From Syncephalis fuscata S228 (Eukaryota; Fungi; Zoopagomycota), in assembly GCA_025786725.1 (NCBI GenBank), contig JAHLTZ010000004.1, forward strand, positions 372,001 through 436,000: 64,000 bases of DNA. The letters are read 5' to 3'. Under the pieces are notes generated by a model. That model did no database searches and was not told where the DNA came from. It saw only the letters and a list, made by a program, of their open reading frames with translations. Position numbers and translations under genes: made by a program. Below, one piece after another: positions 1 through 13,980 of the stretch. Each line of letters begins with the position of its first letter. Within the stretch, counting starts at the first letter, position 1.

Positions 1-361
1 TACCTGCAATGCTATGGTTGTTCATTTCCGTATGGTAGCCTCAGCCTACCTACGTACCCATGCTGATGACTATTTACCATTTATTGAATTTGGACAAACT
101 ATAGAGCAATATTGTTCACACCATGTAGAAGCATTTGGTCGTGAATCAGAAGAAATGCACATTATCGCTCTTACAAAGGCACTAAAAGCCAAAGTTCAAG
201 TGGTATATTTGGATAACTCGACAGCCAACGATGGTCAAGTAAACGTTCATACCTTTGATGGATTGGATGAGACATCTTCCGCAGTATCACCCAGTGTAAA
301 TGAAGGCACGATTACACTACTTTATCGGCCAGGTCATTATGATATTCTATACCGAAGATAG
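1..361 (+). CDS. OTUB1: Otubain-type deubiquitinase (peptidase C65), 3' end only
   Basis: C-terminal LLYRPGHYDILY (catalytic His motif), plus YCSHHVEAFGRESEEMHIIALTKAL and VVYLD, typical of otubains; the 5' part lies outside the window. Confidence 0.9.
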   Translation, partial: TCNAMVVHFRMVASAYLRTHADDYLPFIEFGQTIEQYCSHHVEAFGRESEEMHIIALTKALKAKVQVVYLDNSTANDGQVNVHTFDGLDETSSAVSPSVNEGTITLLYRPGHYDILYRR

Positions 362-446
362 TCAATTATAATCATATCGTTTATATAAAATTTTAATTTA
401 ATTTAATGTTTTCCATTTCAAAAAAATCACTTTTTATTTTACTACT

Positions 447-971
447 ATGATGATCTCAGCCCGTAGCATTTATTCTATGGCGGCACACCAACCCATGAAT
501 CGCTTAGGGATTCAGGCCCGCGGTTATGCGGTTAAATTGAGTGCAAGTGCTGCGGCTGCCGCCGCCGCTGCCGCCGCCGCCACTAAAGCAAAAAAAAGTA
601 TTGACGCGTCGTTGGGCGGTGATCCACGCAATCAGCTACTTAAGCGTATGCTATTCGAAACACCGGTACGTCAACCAACGATCACGGCCGAGATAGAAGA
701 GCGTCAACAAGTTATTGAGCGGGCTTGGCTACAAGAACAAGAGCGCTATGAAGCACAACATCGCCAAGCATTAGAGCGCCAACGTGAACATATCATAGAA
801 GCACATAATGAGCTTAAACAAACGAGTATGTATTTATATCAGGGCGCTACCAATTTTGAGCATGGTCTAGTCTTTCCGCGTCAAATGCGTGCCCCTACAA
901 ATACACCAGCCACTACTGGTTGGAATTACAGCTTTAAAGCACCTACACCAAAATCATCATCATCTACTTAA
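447..971 (+). CDS. Mitochondrial large ribosomal subunit protein mL40 (yeast MrpL28-like)
   Basis: Arg/Ala-rich mitochondrial presequence; IERAW...AHNELKQTSMYLYQGA...FPRQMRAPTNTP...WNY matches the mL40 pattern. Confidence 0.75.
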   Translation: MMISARSIYSMAAHQPMNRLGIQARGYAVKLSASAAAAAAAAAAATKAKKSIDASLGGDPRNQLLKRMLFETPVRQPTITAEIEERQQVIERAWLQEQERYEAQHRQALERQREHIIEAHNELKQTSMYLYQGATNFEHGLVFPRQMRAPTNTPATTGWNYSFKAPTPKSSSST

Positions 972-1191
972 TAAATAAATACATATTAACTAAACTTAAT
1001 TAATTAATTAACATTGTTGTGTGCATGTGTTTGTGGGTGGGTGGGCGATTTTGATCACTTTTATCATTAATGATGGTGTGCACAACACTCAACCTTCTCC
1101 TTTTACTCTCTCTCTCTCTTTCTCTCTCTCTCTATCCAGTCAACGATTACTACGCTGTTTCTCTAAGGATTCACCTGTAGTCATCTTAATC

Positions 1192-2254
1192 ATGCGTACT
1201 TACAAGGAAAAGTACTACCGTTTAAGAAATCGGTTCTACGCGTTATCTAGTGTAAGTGCCAGATCGCGTTCATGATGGTCATTAACTCAACTCGCTGTCT
1301 CTATATGCATTAGAGACGAGAAAAGATACAAAATGAAGTCAATAGCGTGCATACACAGCTTCGCGAGTTTGAGAAAGAAAAAAGTAACTATTAGCAATAG
1401 CGTGGTTACTATATACTTATTAACACTATCGATGTTCATAATAGCCATATACTGGACTTGATGATGGATATTAAAATGTATCCCATTTCTACTGACAGGT
1501 AACTGAATTGAATTAGCAACAGTATTGTACACTATTGACTGGTTTATATTGTAGTTCATCCGATGAAATGGATCAACCTATAAAGACTGAATCTGTAAAG
1601 ACTGAATCCATAAAAACCGAGCCTAAAGAGAACAATGAGGAACATATTGATGCTATAGAGGCGTTGAAGCTGTCAGAGTCTGATACAAACGAGCCTACTG
1701 TATCGCCTAATCGATTTGAATGTAAATAGATGATTTATATATTAATGCAATGCATAATAGATGATTAATACTGTCTATAGATATTCGTAAAGAATTCTGT
1801 CCGGATAAAGATGCTTCATTTTTGCGAGTTCATGTAAAGCGAAAGCGACTATCTCATTTTATTAAACAGGTTATTATCTAATATCTAGTTGACTCTGTCT
1901 ATAACTACTAACTGTATATTTGTTATTACTATTGCTATATTATCGTTATTATAGATAGTTGAAACAACAAAAACAAATCAATCTGCCATTAAAGAAAGTG
2001 GAAATGATAGGAATGGAAGTAATAACCATACTATGTTAAATAGTAATACAAACAGTCGTGGCCATCATCATCCTCATCATTTAATGATTAATAATACAAA
2101 TAGTCGTAATCATCATCATATAACGACTAATAACAGTACAAGTAATCATCCTATATCAATTCATAACGACGATCATGCTGCCATAGATGATACACTAATA
2201 TCTGGAGATAATATGGATGATAAACCAAAGAGACGACGACGAGCCCGTGTAAGT

Positions 2255-2288
<34 letters not shown>

Positions 2289-4037
2289 TTAATTAAATAC
2301 TAATTAAATAATGATAATAGAAATGGCGTGATCGTAGAGATGCTCAAGCAGTTCAATCATTACCAATTGATGAACAAGGAAAGGTTATAATACCAGTTAC
2401 AGTAGGACGTGGTGTTGATGCAGTGACTATCGAGAATTTAGGTAATATTATTAATGTTAACATATATAACTATTAGTAAATAGTATCTAATTTATAATAG
2501 GATCCATTGTATGGGATCGAGAATTATATCATACACAGAGATATATATTCCCGGCTGGATATAAGAGTACACGTATGTATCTTAGTGTTAAAGATCCACG
2601 TATTAGAGTACGATATACAAGTGAAATAATAGATGGTGGCACTTCACCCATGGTAAATATTAAATATTAAATATTATATAATATGTATACTAATATGTAT
2701 ACTAATATGTATATAATATGTATAGTTTCAAGTAACAGCAGAGGATTTAACTGAAGAACCTTTTATGGCCAATTCAGCCAGTGGAGCATGGAAGAAGATT
2801 ATCGACCGCATATTAAAACAAGGATTCAGTGCCAAAACACATGCCAGTGGACCACAATTATATGGTTTATCCGACTGGGGAGTAATGAAAGCAGTACAGG
2901 TAAGTAGGATTATCTAATATCTAATATCTAATATTTAATATAATCTATTTAATCTACTTAATTTAATTTAAGGAATTACCGGGTGCCAATAAATGTGCTC
3001 GTTATATTATGCAGAAATGGTCAGAAAAGAATGGACAGGAATTGATTATGGAGGATCACCATGATGATCATATAGATATCGGTGAAGAAGAAGAACTAGA
3101 AGATGAAGATGAAGATGAATTAGACGATGAAGAAGATGAAGAAGAACACAGATTAATGTTACAACGACATGATCCATATCGTCCATCTATTCCTAGACCA
3201 TATAATAAAGAAGAAGAGTTAGAAGAAGATGAAGAAGATGAAGAAGATATGTTTACAACTGCCACTCAATATCCAATGGATGTTTATCGTCAATCACATC
3301 CATCTCAATATTCACATCCACGTTCATCTCACTATTACCATCATCAATCACCACCACCACCACATCATATACCGTCATCAGATTATGATCCATATCATTA
3401 TAATGCATATTCATATTCATCCAATACACATCCATATACAGAACAGCCACCACCATCCCATTCACATTCACATCAACATTTACGACAACATCGATTATCA
3501 ATAGATCAATCACATTCACATCACCGTCATCATGAACAACAACAATTACGTCATCATCATGAACAACCACAGCCATCACAGCATCGACAACATCGATTAT
3601 CAATAGATCAACAACAAGTACCATATCCACCTTCATCTCCTTCATCTCATTCACATCATCAACATCATTTACATCATTCACGTCATCATCACCATGAACA
3701 ACCACAACAACCACATCCACGTCTACATCATCATCATGAACATCAACGTCATCCACATCATCCACATCCACATGAATCATACAATAATAGTAATATGAAT
3801 CAATGGAATCCATCTCATTCATCAAACGTACCAGCTATGCACCACAACTCAATGTCTGTACCATTACCTTTACAACCACAACAACAACAACCACATCCAC
3901 ATCCACAACAACAGCCAATGCCATCTTCTATGAGATCTCCTAATCCAAATTATAATTCCAATCATCCTAATAATAATGCATCTGGACAAGGTGTAAGAGA
4001 TAATAGTGTTATGAAATTGGCATTTTTAACTGATTAA
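1192..4037 (+). CDS. FYRN/FYRC-domain chromatin protein (TBRG1-like) with acidic and His/Gln/Pro low-complexity tail; multi-exon
   Basis: Exons read YKEKYYRLRNR (N-terminal coil), PVTVG..VTIENLG, IVWDRELYHTQRYIFPAGYKSTRMYLS..RVRYTSEIIDGG (FYRN), FQVTAED..ANSASGAWKKI..ASGPQLYGL..VQELPGANKC (FYRC); exon boundaries around 1730-1960 uncertain. Confidence 0.8.
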
Positions 4038-4260
4038 TATTTAAATCAGTAATAATAATAATAATAAATATGATGTGATGTGTAAAATAAAAGTATTGTT
4101 ATAAATGTTTTGTAATAACAAATGTCTAAATATAATCCAATGATTACAACTTAAATTCTAATTGTTTGATTACATCATAAAAGACAAGCAATACTTTTAC
4201 ACAGATTGCTTCTTTGTTTAAGCTTCTTTTCTCCTTTCATTCTATCAAAGACTAAGTAAA

Positions 4261-7201
4261 ATGACTATGTTTAGGAACTTGAAGATGGGCAGGATTGTCC
4301 TTAATGACGATGAGTTTGAAGACGATGACTGGGCTCTTGACGTAAAGCCAGCTAGTGCGCCTAAAGTGGCTCCGGGTGCTTATAGTTCACCACCACCACC
4401 TCAAAAGTCTATGCGGTCCTCGTATGGTGGTGGTGGTGGTAGACATGACCATACAAGACAGTCTAACGTATCTGTCTCGTCTATACTTGACAGCGACGAC
4501 GAGACTTACTCTTACAGTGGTAGTAGACCGGCACGTCATCAGTCTATGGGTGTTGCGTCGTCATCCGCTCATAGTAGTCGGTATGGTGGACATGATGGCA
4601 ATCGTAGTTGGGCACCCTCTGAAACAGGTGGCTCCTCGGTGGATTATCGATATCATGACGGTAGACCGGTTACTCAATCCGCTACGAGTAGAACGGTATC
4701 GGTTGTGGGCAGTGCTATGGGACAGCGACGTATCGTAAATGATGAATTGGACTATGAAAACGATAAAGATTTAGATTGGAAGAATCAGGATGATAAGCCA
4801 CAGTTAATATCTTCGGATGCCACACCTGATATGACATTAACCGTGAGTGTATTAATATTGGCAAGTATTTAGTACTTAGATTTTGTCTATAGTGTCCATA
4901 TGACATTGATGTTGAAGGATTATTTGGTAAAGAGATGCGCGTATTTAAACGTATGAGTGATAATTCAACTGTTCATATTAAATACAATGCATCATCTCAT
5001 GTAAGTATTAAACTATAAATAGGATATTGATCTAATAGTATGGTGTGTGTATATATATAGGAAATATTTATGTGGGGCGAGTATTCACTTGTAAAGGAAG
5101 CAAAACGTACAATGGAACGCCGATTTGATTATTTGTGTGATGTAAGAGTGCTATATTAGGGATTAATACAATCTGACATTAATAAATTGCCATGTTTATA
5201 GAATATTGAGCGAATCACTAAAATGAATAAGAAGAGAAAAGAAGATGCTGGTCGAACTATTACTAGAAAGTCTGATATTCGTCGAACTGAAAAGGCTGAA
5301 AGGTTTGGACTGGTGGCCATGGATGATTTACGTAAACTGCCTGAGAATCAAACGAGTCATCGTGGTGTATTTATGTTGCCTAGAAGTGACGTGTTGCCTA
5401 TTGCTCGACTACTAGGCCCTAATGGAAAGCCATTGGATGATTTACGACATGATTTAGGTTGTCGTATTGTATTTGGGGAACGAGAAGCACAGGAAGGCGT
5501 AGGTCAATTAATAATAATATATATATATAAAAGTGTAGCTAATGAGTTTATAATAGATTATTAAAGTGGCAGGCAATTCGTATGAGCTAGTACGAGAAGT
5601 ATTATCTCGTTTAACTATTCATGTAGCAAAACGTGTAAGTTTTAAACTATTATTAAATGTTATGGCCACTGATGTTAATACTAGACTTATCCACGTCCAC
5701 CACCGGTACAAGAACGTCTATTTGATGTTACGGAAAAGCCAATGGAAATTACTACCGAACGAGTAACTGCCAACTATATACCATGGGATCTACCTCAAGA
5801 TAATGCCTGGCATACCTCGCCTACCGTATTAAAGGGTATTCTATCTGGTGATATGTTTAATAGTAGTCGATTGACCGAGTAAGTAGATATAGTCATTACA
5901 GAGTCATTTACTTATGTCTATATTATTAGATCGAGAAGTAGTCTAGAAGCGACCTTAACCCGTAACATTCAACGATTCGTGCGGTTTATTGGATTACACG
6001 ATGGCAATGCAAAGATGCGTATTTGGTAAGATTTAATTATAATAGTATAATAGCATAATAATATAATACTGAAATGCAATGGATCATTAGTCTAGGTACT
6101 TGTCTAGTCAGTGATATTTCACCAAAACTACACGATTTAAGTCAAAAGATTGCCCTTAAAGAAATATTTGTCACTCAAAATGCTTTAATGTATTTCTCGA
6201 GAAAGTAAGTAAAAAGTTTATACTAATAAGAACTGTATTAATACTTTATCTAGTTTATTACAGTCAAATCATCAAGTAGAATTATTGACTAGTCGTCTAC
6301 CCAGCAATTATCGTCGTGTAGATGATGATTATAGCGTTGGCTATTCGTTCCGGTGTGAACATCGATCATCGAGTGCAAGCTATTCGCCAAAAACGGCCTG
6401 GCCAAATATTAAACTACGCGTCTGGTTCTCCCGTGAAGGAAGAGCCAGTCGATGGGAAGCAGTTATTGGTGAACGACGTGAACTTGACTTGAATGTCATC
6501 TATCCAAACAAGTAAGTTATAGTCATTAATCCATATTATATATGGCTGGTTATTAAATATGCTATAGTGATTATTATAACAAACCAGATTGGCGACTTGA
6601 AGCCACTACTTGGTTCCATAGTCCAATTAAACCAGACTCGGAAATAGGTCGTCTCGTTACTCGAATGCGTATCAAGTAAGCTGCTTAATGATTAAAACAA
6701 CGGCTGTACTAATTATATATGTATATATATATATATATATAGTGAACGAGGCCGCCTTGAATATAGTAATACAGATCAATTGGTCGTGCAACAAATTACT
6801 TGTAAAACACGTATACTTTACGAATCAGCCGATGATTTCCAACTTGAAATAACTCGAGCTCAAGTTTGGAATTGTGATCCAGATACAGATGGACGTGATA
6901 CCCCTACACCATTACTGGCCAAATCGACATTTGAATCCTATGGTGCTACGGTAAGAACAGTATACAACACTTGTAATATAGCTAATGCATCTATCTATCT
7001 ATCTATAATATTCTATTGATTGATTGATTTTATTAGATATGGCCACTATTATGGAAACGACTATTAGAAGATAATAGCCATACCTCCATCGGCTGTGTGC
7101 CTAATTACAGTGAGGGTGACTTTTTCACCGGCAATTACATAAGTAAATTGGTTGATTCTGTCCACACCGTACAGAATACACTTGGATCTGTACTTCATTA
7201 G
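4261..7201 (+). CDS. Uncharacterised multi-exon protein with two KH-like segments
   Basis: Chain of GT-AG exons from ATG 4261 to TAG 7199-7201; LFGKEMRVFKRM..IFMWG and RLLGPNGKPLDDLRHDLGCRI (GxxG) resemble KH folds. Confidence 0.55.
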
Positions 7202-7330
7202 TTATAATAAAGTACTGAACTGTTTTTTATCATTATACGTTTAATAATAGTAGTAGTAATATATAAACATTAAATAGATTTAATCTTAATCGAGTTATTT
7301 ATTCGAATAAGCCAGATATAATAAGGCAGT

Positions 7331-7864
7331 TTAAGCTTCTGCTTTGCCGGAAGACTTGGCGTTCTTGGGATTATCAGGCGATGTTTTCCACTAAAATGAT
7401 GTGATGTGATGTAATGTAAAAGAAAAAAGGAAAATGTAAACAAACGCGATCAATATAATTGCACCATTTTACTTACCATTGAAGCCACATGCTTAAAAGC
7501 ATCCTATAATAAAGCAAATAAAGATGGTTAGATAATTGTAATAGTATAATGGCAATAGACTACGTACGACGTGCTTCACTCCTGCGTGCTGTGCCTTGTA
7601 CTTGGCGAGTTGGTCCTATGAACGCGTAATTTATAATAAACACAAATATTAGATTAGATTGCTATGTTTATGCCATGCCAATAGCACTATGAAAGTCTAC
7701 AGGACATTGCTAAAATAAACATACCTTCATAAACTTGTTATATGGAGTAATCTTGCGCTTTTTACCGGCAGCTAAATAGCAAATACTATAAGTGATCTGT
7801 ATAATAGGCTTTATGTTTATTTACCGGCGGCGCTTGTTTTGGCAGCGGACTTTTCCTTAGGCAT
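7331..7864 (-). CDS. Small YABBY/HMG-box-like DNA-binding protein (5 exons; missed by ORF track)
   Basis: Spliced: MPKEKSAAKTSAAAAGKKRKITPYNKFMKDQLAKYKAQHAGVKHVDAFKHVASMWKTSPDNPKNAKSSGKAEA; YNKFMK..L...K..H.G..H..AF..VA..W..SP.NP is the YABBY/HMG-like signature. Confidence 0.85.
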
Positions 7865-8119
7865 ATTGGCTAGAGGTTGATCAAGAAGTGGTGTGCTAGT
7901 AAGCAGGTATTTAAACACCGATAGTGAATAAAAAGGTAGCTTGCGTGGAATAGAGCAACCAACGAAGGGCAATAAAAGGTGTGCTTCAAAAAACACGTAA
8001 GTAGAAAGTGTAGGCGGTAAAGAAAGGACAGTGCGTGCCTATGTGGATTGAGTGAATAGGTGAGTGAATAGGTGAGTGGGGGGAGAGAAGAGAGCAAAAA
8101 TGCAGAACTATTGTTAGTA

Positions 8120-8121
<2 letters not shown>

Positions 8122-8153
<32 letters not shown>
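8122..8153. repeat. (GT)n microsatellite
   Basis: About 16 perfect TG units. Confidence 0.95.
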
Positions 8154-8154
<1 letters not shown>

Positions 8155-9514
8155 CTAGGTAAAGAAAGGCGAGTAATGTGCGTCATCACCTCATTCGTCT
8201 ATGTATATCCAAATTAAGCTGATATTCAATAAAGAAAGAAAGAGAGAGAGAGCCATGTGATAACATAGATAGTAAGTATAGTATACTATTAGATGACAAA
8301 GACAAGGCATTATGTGAAGTGTGGTAGCTGTGTGTATAGACACTGCAGTGTATACTATCCACAATATATTCTATAAAGCATGAACCAGTTATCAATCCAT
8401 TAAATAGTGGTCAAGGTTGTTATAGGCCGGTTTTACAATGGCCATAAGGACAAATGTGATGGACGGCAATGGGCTACGTGAATAGTGGAGTGATCCATAT
8501 AGTGATAGCGATAGTGCTAATGGTTGCTGGTACATGAATAAAAGTCATGTGGCAGACCATCCATTTATCCATTCATTACAAGGCAATTTTATTGTGCAGA
8601 TTGACCGCGAGGTGTACTTTATTTACAAAATAGCATGGCATTATTCTGGTTATTGCTGCGGCTACTAGCCATTGTTGTTATGATGGCTATGGTTATGGTT
8701 ATTGCCATAATAACTGTTATAGTGAATAGAATGCAAGTATGAGCTGCACACACACACATACACAAGTTTAACTTTGGTACTTTTTTCCGTTCATGCTTGA
8801 GCGGTTCTCTTTGTAAAGTGAGCCATTTTCTGGCCTTATCTTCTATTGAGCGAGTCCTTAAATAAAATGCCTTTGTACTAATGTTTGTTGTGTTCATCAA
8901 GTCGTTGTATCAAATTCACCGATTAAAATTAAGTTTCAATTCTTGGCACGATCTATTCCATGGCTATACTGATGTTCCATACTATTATGATGATCGTTGT
9001 TGTTAGAGGATGGGCGACGGCCAGGGCGATTCACTCGTAATAAACTGAATTTGTTAGATGAAAATAAGTTGTTCCTGTAACCATTCGCTTGTGTAACCTT
9101 GGTTGGAGGCCTTCGTTGTACGCGTGCTCTCCTTGTCCACATGTAGAGACGCTCCATGGTAGACCACATGTTCATTGCCGCTTTAACAAGTGCTTGGCCT
9201 TATTCGCATGCCATTCCCTCACCACACCCGCTCACACCTGCCTACTTCCCCGCGTGTGCGTGCACCTGTCTCATTACCACTTGTATCCAACAGTACACCA
9301 TGTTAACGTGCCAATGCAGCCGGCAATTCGATCCATGACGCTGCTCAATCGTTGGCCAGTGTTCTCCGCATGGCCTTGTTCCCTACATGTGACACCATAT
9401 AAAACAGAAAGCAGTTCTGTCTTCGCCCTTTTTTCGAGTTAGAATAAACGTTGCTCTCTATATATCTTTAACATCGTCGTCGTCGTTATACTACCTTACT
9501 ACCATTGCCGCCCT

Positions 9515-9556
<42 letters not shown>
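9515..9556. repeat. (TAC)n microsatellite
   Basis: About 14 perfect TAC units upstream of the 9942 ORF. Confidence 0.95.
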
Positions 9557-9558
<2 letters not shown>

Positions 9559-9941
9559 ACTGCTACTTACTGCTACCGTTCTTAGCACTTGCATTTCCAT
9601 TTATATCAATCTTATCACAGCTCCGCTCTGTGATCGGCTCTTAACGCTACGCTATCCTTTCTGTACGGTACTACATTCACATTGATTCTATTTGACCAAA
9701 CCGGCCAATCCTTCTCCTCCTACTCCCTTTCAAACAACATTAACAACAATACTAGCTACCATTGATTCAATTCGTTTATTTGTGCTTCGATCCAGTATTA
9801 CGCAAAGTGACACACACACATAAATACTCTTTGCTTTTCAGTTTAGTATCACCCTGCGAGTTACGTTTTCTATCCTCGCACTCTCTACAACCATACAACA
9901 ACAACAACACATCTACATAAACAAAAGGTATTGATACGCTA

Positions 9942-10727
9942 ATGGCCCTCATGGTTAGTATTCACGATAACAACAGTCCATTGGACACTTCAGAAACCAC
10001 CCAACCGTCATTATGTTATGAAGCGTTGCCTGGTCTTAAAATTGATACGGCAGATCTTAGTGAACTGTCAGATACCATGGAATCGCCCACTTCACCGACC
10101 TTGCCTCCCATGACCAGTCCTCGTAGTCGTCGATCGTCGACCACTACCTTTACTATGCTGGTTGAACGTCCTATGCGCAAACGTTCCTGCTCATCTATAC
10201 CTGCTTGGTCGTTGGCCGACCAGCTGAGTCGTTGTTCACTGGCTGATGTCGATGAACAGAGTCAGGGGCATCACTACCAGCAACAACAGCCATACATCTC
10301 CGAACCAATTATTTATCAACGACGTGCCTCAGCTCATATGCTCGATGCCTACTCTCGTCGTCGTCATCGTCCTTATACGGCACCTCTACGTCTCTTTACA
10401 CCTGCATCGGCTATTACTGCCGAGCAAACACCGTCACAGCAACCGCCATTGGCTTCCTCAATACATGCCAACAATCAAGAGGAAGGTGTTACCAATGCTG
10501 CTGACCCATTAACCAACTATGCCAACTACAATGTTGCCCAGTCTTATAGCTCATACAATATGGGCAAATCATCGCTGTACTCTATGAATAACTCATCGGC
10601 TTCTTATTCGCCGGTAACTGCAGCTGCCATCGTGTATCTTAGTCGTCGTGGTCGTCGCAATGCCATTGGCAGTGCGTCACACGAATTGATTCTAACACGG
10701 CGCGTTTGCCGTCAAATGCCTGCATAA
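9942..10727 (+). CDS. Intronless, probably disordered 261-aa protein with PKA sites and a PKI-like pseudosubstrate motif
   Basis: GC-richer coding-like ORF; RRSS, RKRS and RRAS motifs; C-terminal IVYLSRRGRRNAIG. Confidence 0.7.
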   Translation: MALMVSIHDNNSPLDTSETTQPSLCYEALPGLKIDTADLSELSDTMESPTSPTLPPMTSPRSRRSSTTTFTMLVERPMRKRSCSSIPAWSLADQLSRCSLADVDEQSQGHHYQQQQPYISEPIIYQRRASAHMLDAYSRRRHRPYTAPLRLFTPASAITAEQTPSQQPPLASSIHANNQEEGVTNAADPLTNYANYNVAQSYSSYNMGKSSLYSMNNSSASYSPVTAAAIVYLSRRGRRNAIGSASHELILTRRVCRQMPA

Positions 10728-11141
10728 ATGGGCCATTACTATCGTTTTTATTATTGCTAGATTTCTTTTATCCTTTCTTGACTTGGTCTCTCCATAGGAC
10801 TCATCGACCCTAATGGGCTTAATATATGGACAACATGTGAATAGTCAATAAACACTACCTATTATTAAAATATACTATGCTATCAATGAATATATTGTAT
10901 TATAATTATTAACACTATGATTAACATTGACTACATAGTTTATAAGGAAAGATATTTTATACTAAGAAATAAACTGCTTATTTTCATAAAAGTGTATACG
11001 AGTATTCATGGTAGTGTAGTAATATTGTTATATTAATAGTAGTAATGATACCATTAATAATATTGAAAATAGTGGTAATAGTAGTCATAAAAATATACTA
11101 GTGTTGATGTATATCGTTATTATCATAGTTATTAGTTTGTA

Positions 11142-13980
11142 TTAAACAGTTTTTTTGTTTGATTCAGTCGAGACAGGGGCCACTTGTTCAATGGCTGTTG
11201 TAGTGCCATGTCGTCCAGTCTTTGTATCAAATGTCTTCTTTGATACAGCACGGTATGGATAGGCAACCAATCGTGGCCAGTCAACAAATTGATCGGCATG
11301 CTCGAGGACTAAACTGATACACGCACCAAGTAGTCCGAACCAAAGGGTGCACCATAGTAAAAAGACAAATGAGAAGAAGCCTGAAATATGGTTAGTTTGA
11401 TCAATAGTTGATATTATAGAAATACATACTGTCTGCACTTGATAGTATAAAACTTAAAAAGATAACCACCATTGATGCTAATAGAACCCATGGTACCTAT
11501 TAATCAATATTAGTATTTGAACTGTTAAATATAATACTACAAGTAATTATTATTATTATTATTATTATTGATACTTACTGCTTGTCCAATGGCCGTCACC
11601 TTGACAAGAAGTGGTGACATTCGAGTTGAATCAATTTCATATTCACCAAGTAAAATGTCATAGGCATCCTAAATATTATATTTATTAGATTCATTACCAT
11701 TAGTCTTGATTTTTGTTATTATTGTTAAGTAAAGTAATTACCTGGCGAGCACCATCCATAAAGTTATTCTTTACATAGCGAACAATGGAATTGCTCAAGT
11801 CTTGAAGTGCACCTGCCTTGGTACGCTTGCCAGTACTAGTTACCATAGTGGTATTAATAAATACAATATTACTGTAGCTAGTCTATACTATTACTTACCG
11901 AGTAAAGTCGGTCTTAAGTGCGCCAGTACCCGAATAGGCCACGCTAATAGCATTGGCATTATCGGCCCATACTAATAAAATGCATTATTAATTGTTAATT
12001 ACTAGCTATTAATTACTAGTTATTAATAACAACTTACTATTACGGAAAATAAGTTCAAAAACTGGATAGTTCTGTATCATTTCATTGGGGCCTAGTACAC
12101 CGACTGAGGCCAGTTGGCGTACCAACACATCACGAGCAACTGCCGATTGAACAACATTGGTACGATCTAGGCAGTCCATACAGTTGGTACGCACTACTGA
12201 GCTCTGCTTCCTTGTAACGTTAACTGATCCATCAGTATTCAATGTTTGTTCGAAATAACTATATTATTATTATAATAATAAAATTAACAAAGGCAATTCA
12301 AATCATTAACGCAATATTTACCCTTGTTTCTCGACATCGTCTTTGATATCATTCAACAATAGACGAATACGATCCCATCGCATACGACTACACTCTTTGT
12401 GGAAATCAAAGTGAATATACCGAATACTAGGATCATTCAATTCGGCCATCGTTGAACGGAACACATCACTCATAGGCTTTTCATAGCCATGCTTGTTTAC
12501 AAGATTCACAACAATCTGTGGTCCATACAAGGCTATTTGATCGTTGAAGTGTTTACGGGCGGCACTAAGCTATATTCAGATTAGTTATTGACGCTTATTA
12601 TACATGAACACCTACTGAATCTTGTTTTGTATCTAGATGCAATGTTGGGGTGTATTTCAATGTGCAGACCTGTGCCCAATAGACTGGAATAGAGCCGCGT
12701 GTCTGTATAAAAGACATTCTTCGACGGAGTCCTGACTTGTTCATGTCGTGAAGTACAACAATCTGTTCAGTCTCCACTTGATTGGCGACATTGCCTTCGA
12801 CATCAACACCACGGCGGAAGAACCGGGTACCTACATTAAATGATGTCATTAATCTTTATGGTTAATCAAACTTACTATTGATACTTACCTACTCGGTGAC
12901 GACTACGTCTTGATATTAATGCAAAGTCAAAAGATGCTTTATTAATCTCGACATGTCGAATTTCCAAAACTAGTATTTAATTAGTTTATTGTTATCCAGT
13001 ACTAGTTGTAATTATTACTTACAGCCAAAAATAACTGGCATGATATAAGCACCAGCCTAGAAATAGTCATTCAGCTATTTATAAGCTATTTCATAAATTT
13101 ATTTACCTCTGGCGACTTTTGGGCCAATTCAATCAAATCACGTTGAAGATGGCGATTCCAAAAGAAACGGTCCTTACTCTAATAACAATAATAGTATTAG
13201 TAACTGACTACTATTAATAGATTATAGCTAATACGTACACGCTCCCATAATGGCTGATCAGATCGCACAGGAATGGTGGATTCTCGTTGAATAGATTGAG
13301 TTAGATTGTACGTAAATGAAAAATAATAGCTTGGAAAAGCCAGTGCAGCCTTAAGTAGGCGTACATAGACCTCTTCATCTGCTTTCTAATTCGACATGCA
13401 TTATATTAATACATAGTATCAATAGTTAAATCACTAGTTATTTACCTGTCGTGGCGTTAAATGTGCATCACTGCGAGCATATCGAAATAGTTGTGTGTCC
13501 TTGATTGTATAAATGTCATGGCCATCAAGACAGCCAACCCATTGTCGATCCGTAATAACAATTAAGTAATTGCCTAATTGGTGCGCGTTAATGCTTTAGT
13601 TAACCTTTGTTGCTATATGCACTTACCAGATAGTAGACGTATTGTGCCTAGAATGCCATGACATGTAATAATCTTCTCTGCCTTGCCTGGATAAGCATCT
13701 TGCGTATCTAATACAAATAAATAAATAGATAGATAAACAAGATAATTAGTTATATAATAAACTAAAAGGCATCCACTTACTGCCAGTTGATGCCACGCCC
13801 GTTGCACGTTGCAATATAAGCTTAGGAGCATTACTCTTGCCTCTAGGTGCAGCAGTTGTTGCACTTAGTGGTTCAAAGACAAACGCATCTGGATAGACGT
13901 AACTGTAGCATAGACGAGTTATATACTTGTAACGTCATCAGGCCGCAGTCTACTTACAGCTTCAATACCTCATAAAGCAT
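11142..13980 (-). CDS. SAC1: Phosphatidylinositol-4-phosphate phosphatase Sac1
   Basis: [16 protein letters not shown] (CX5R), [38 protein letters not shown]; C-terminal TM segments and terminal KKTV dilysine signal; many short introns. Confidence 0.95.

Noticed and set aside
3068-3825. Overlapping antisense and alternate-frame ORFs (poly-S, V/D-rich, I/H-rich)
   Set aside because: Shadows of the His/Gln/Glu low-complexity exon of the FYR gene
7870-9442. Several short ORFs between the HMG-like and PKI-like genes
   Set aside because: No recognisable domains or exon chains; microsatellite-rich divergent promoter/UTR region
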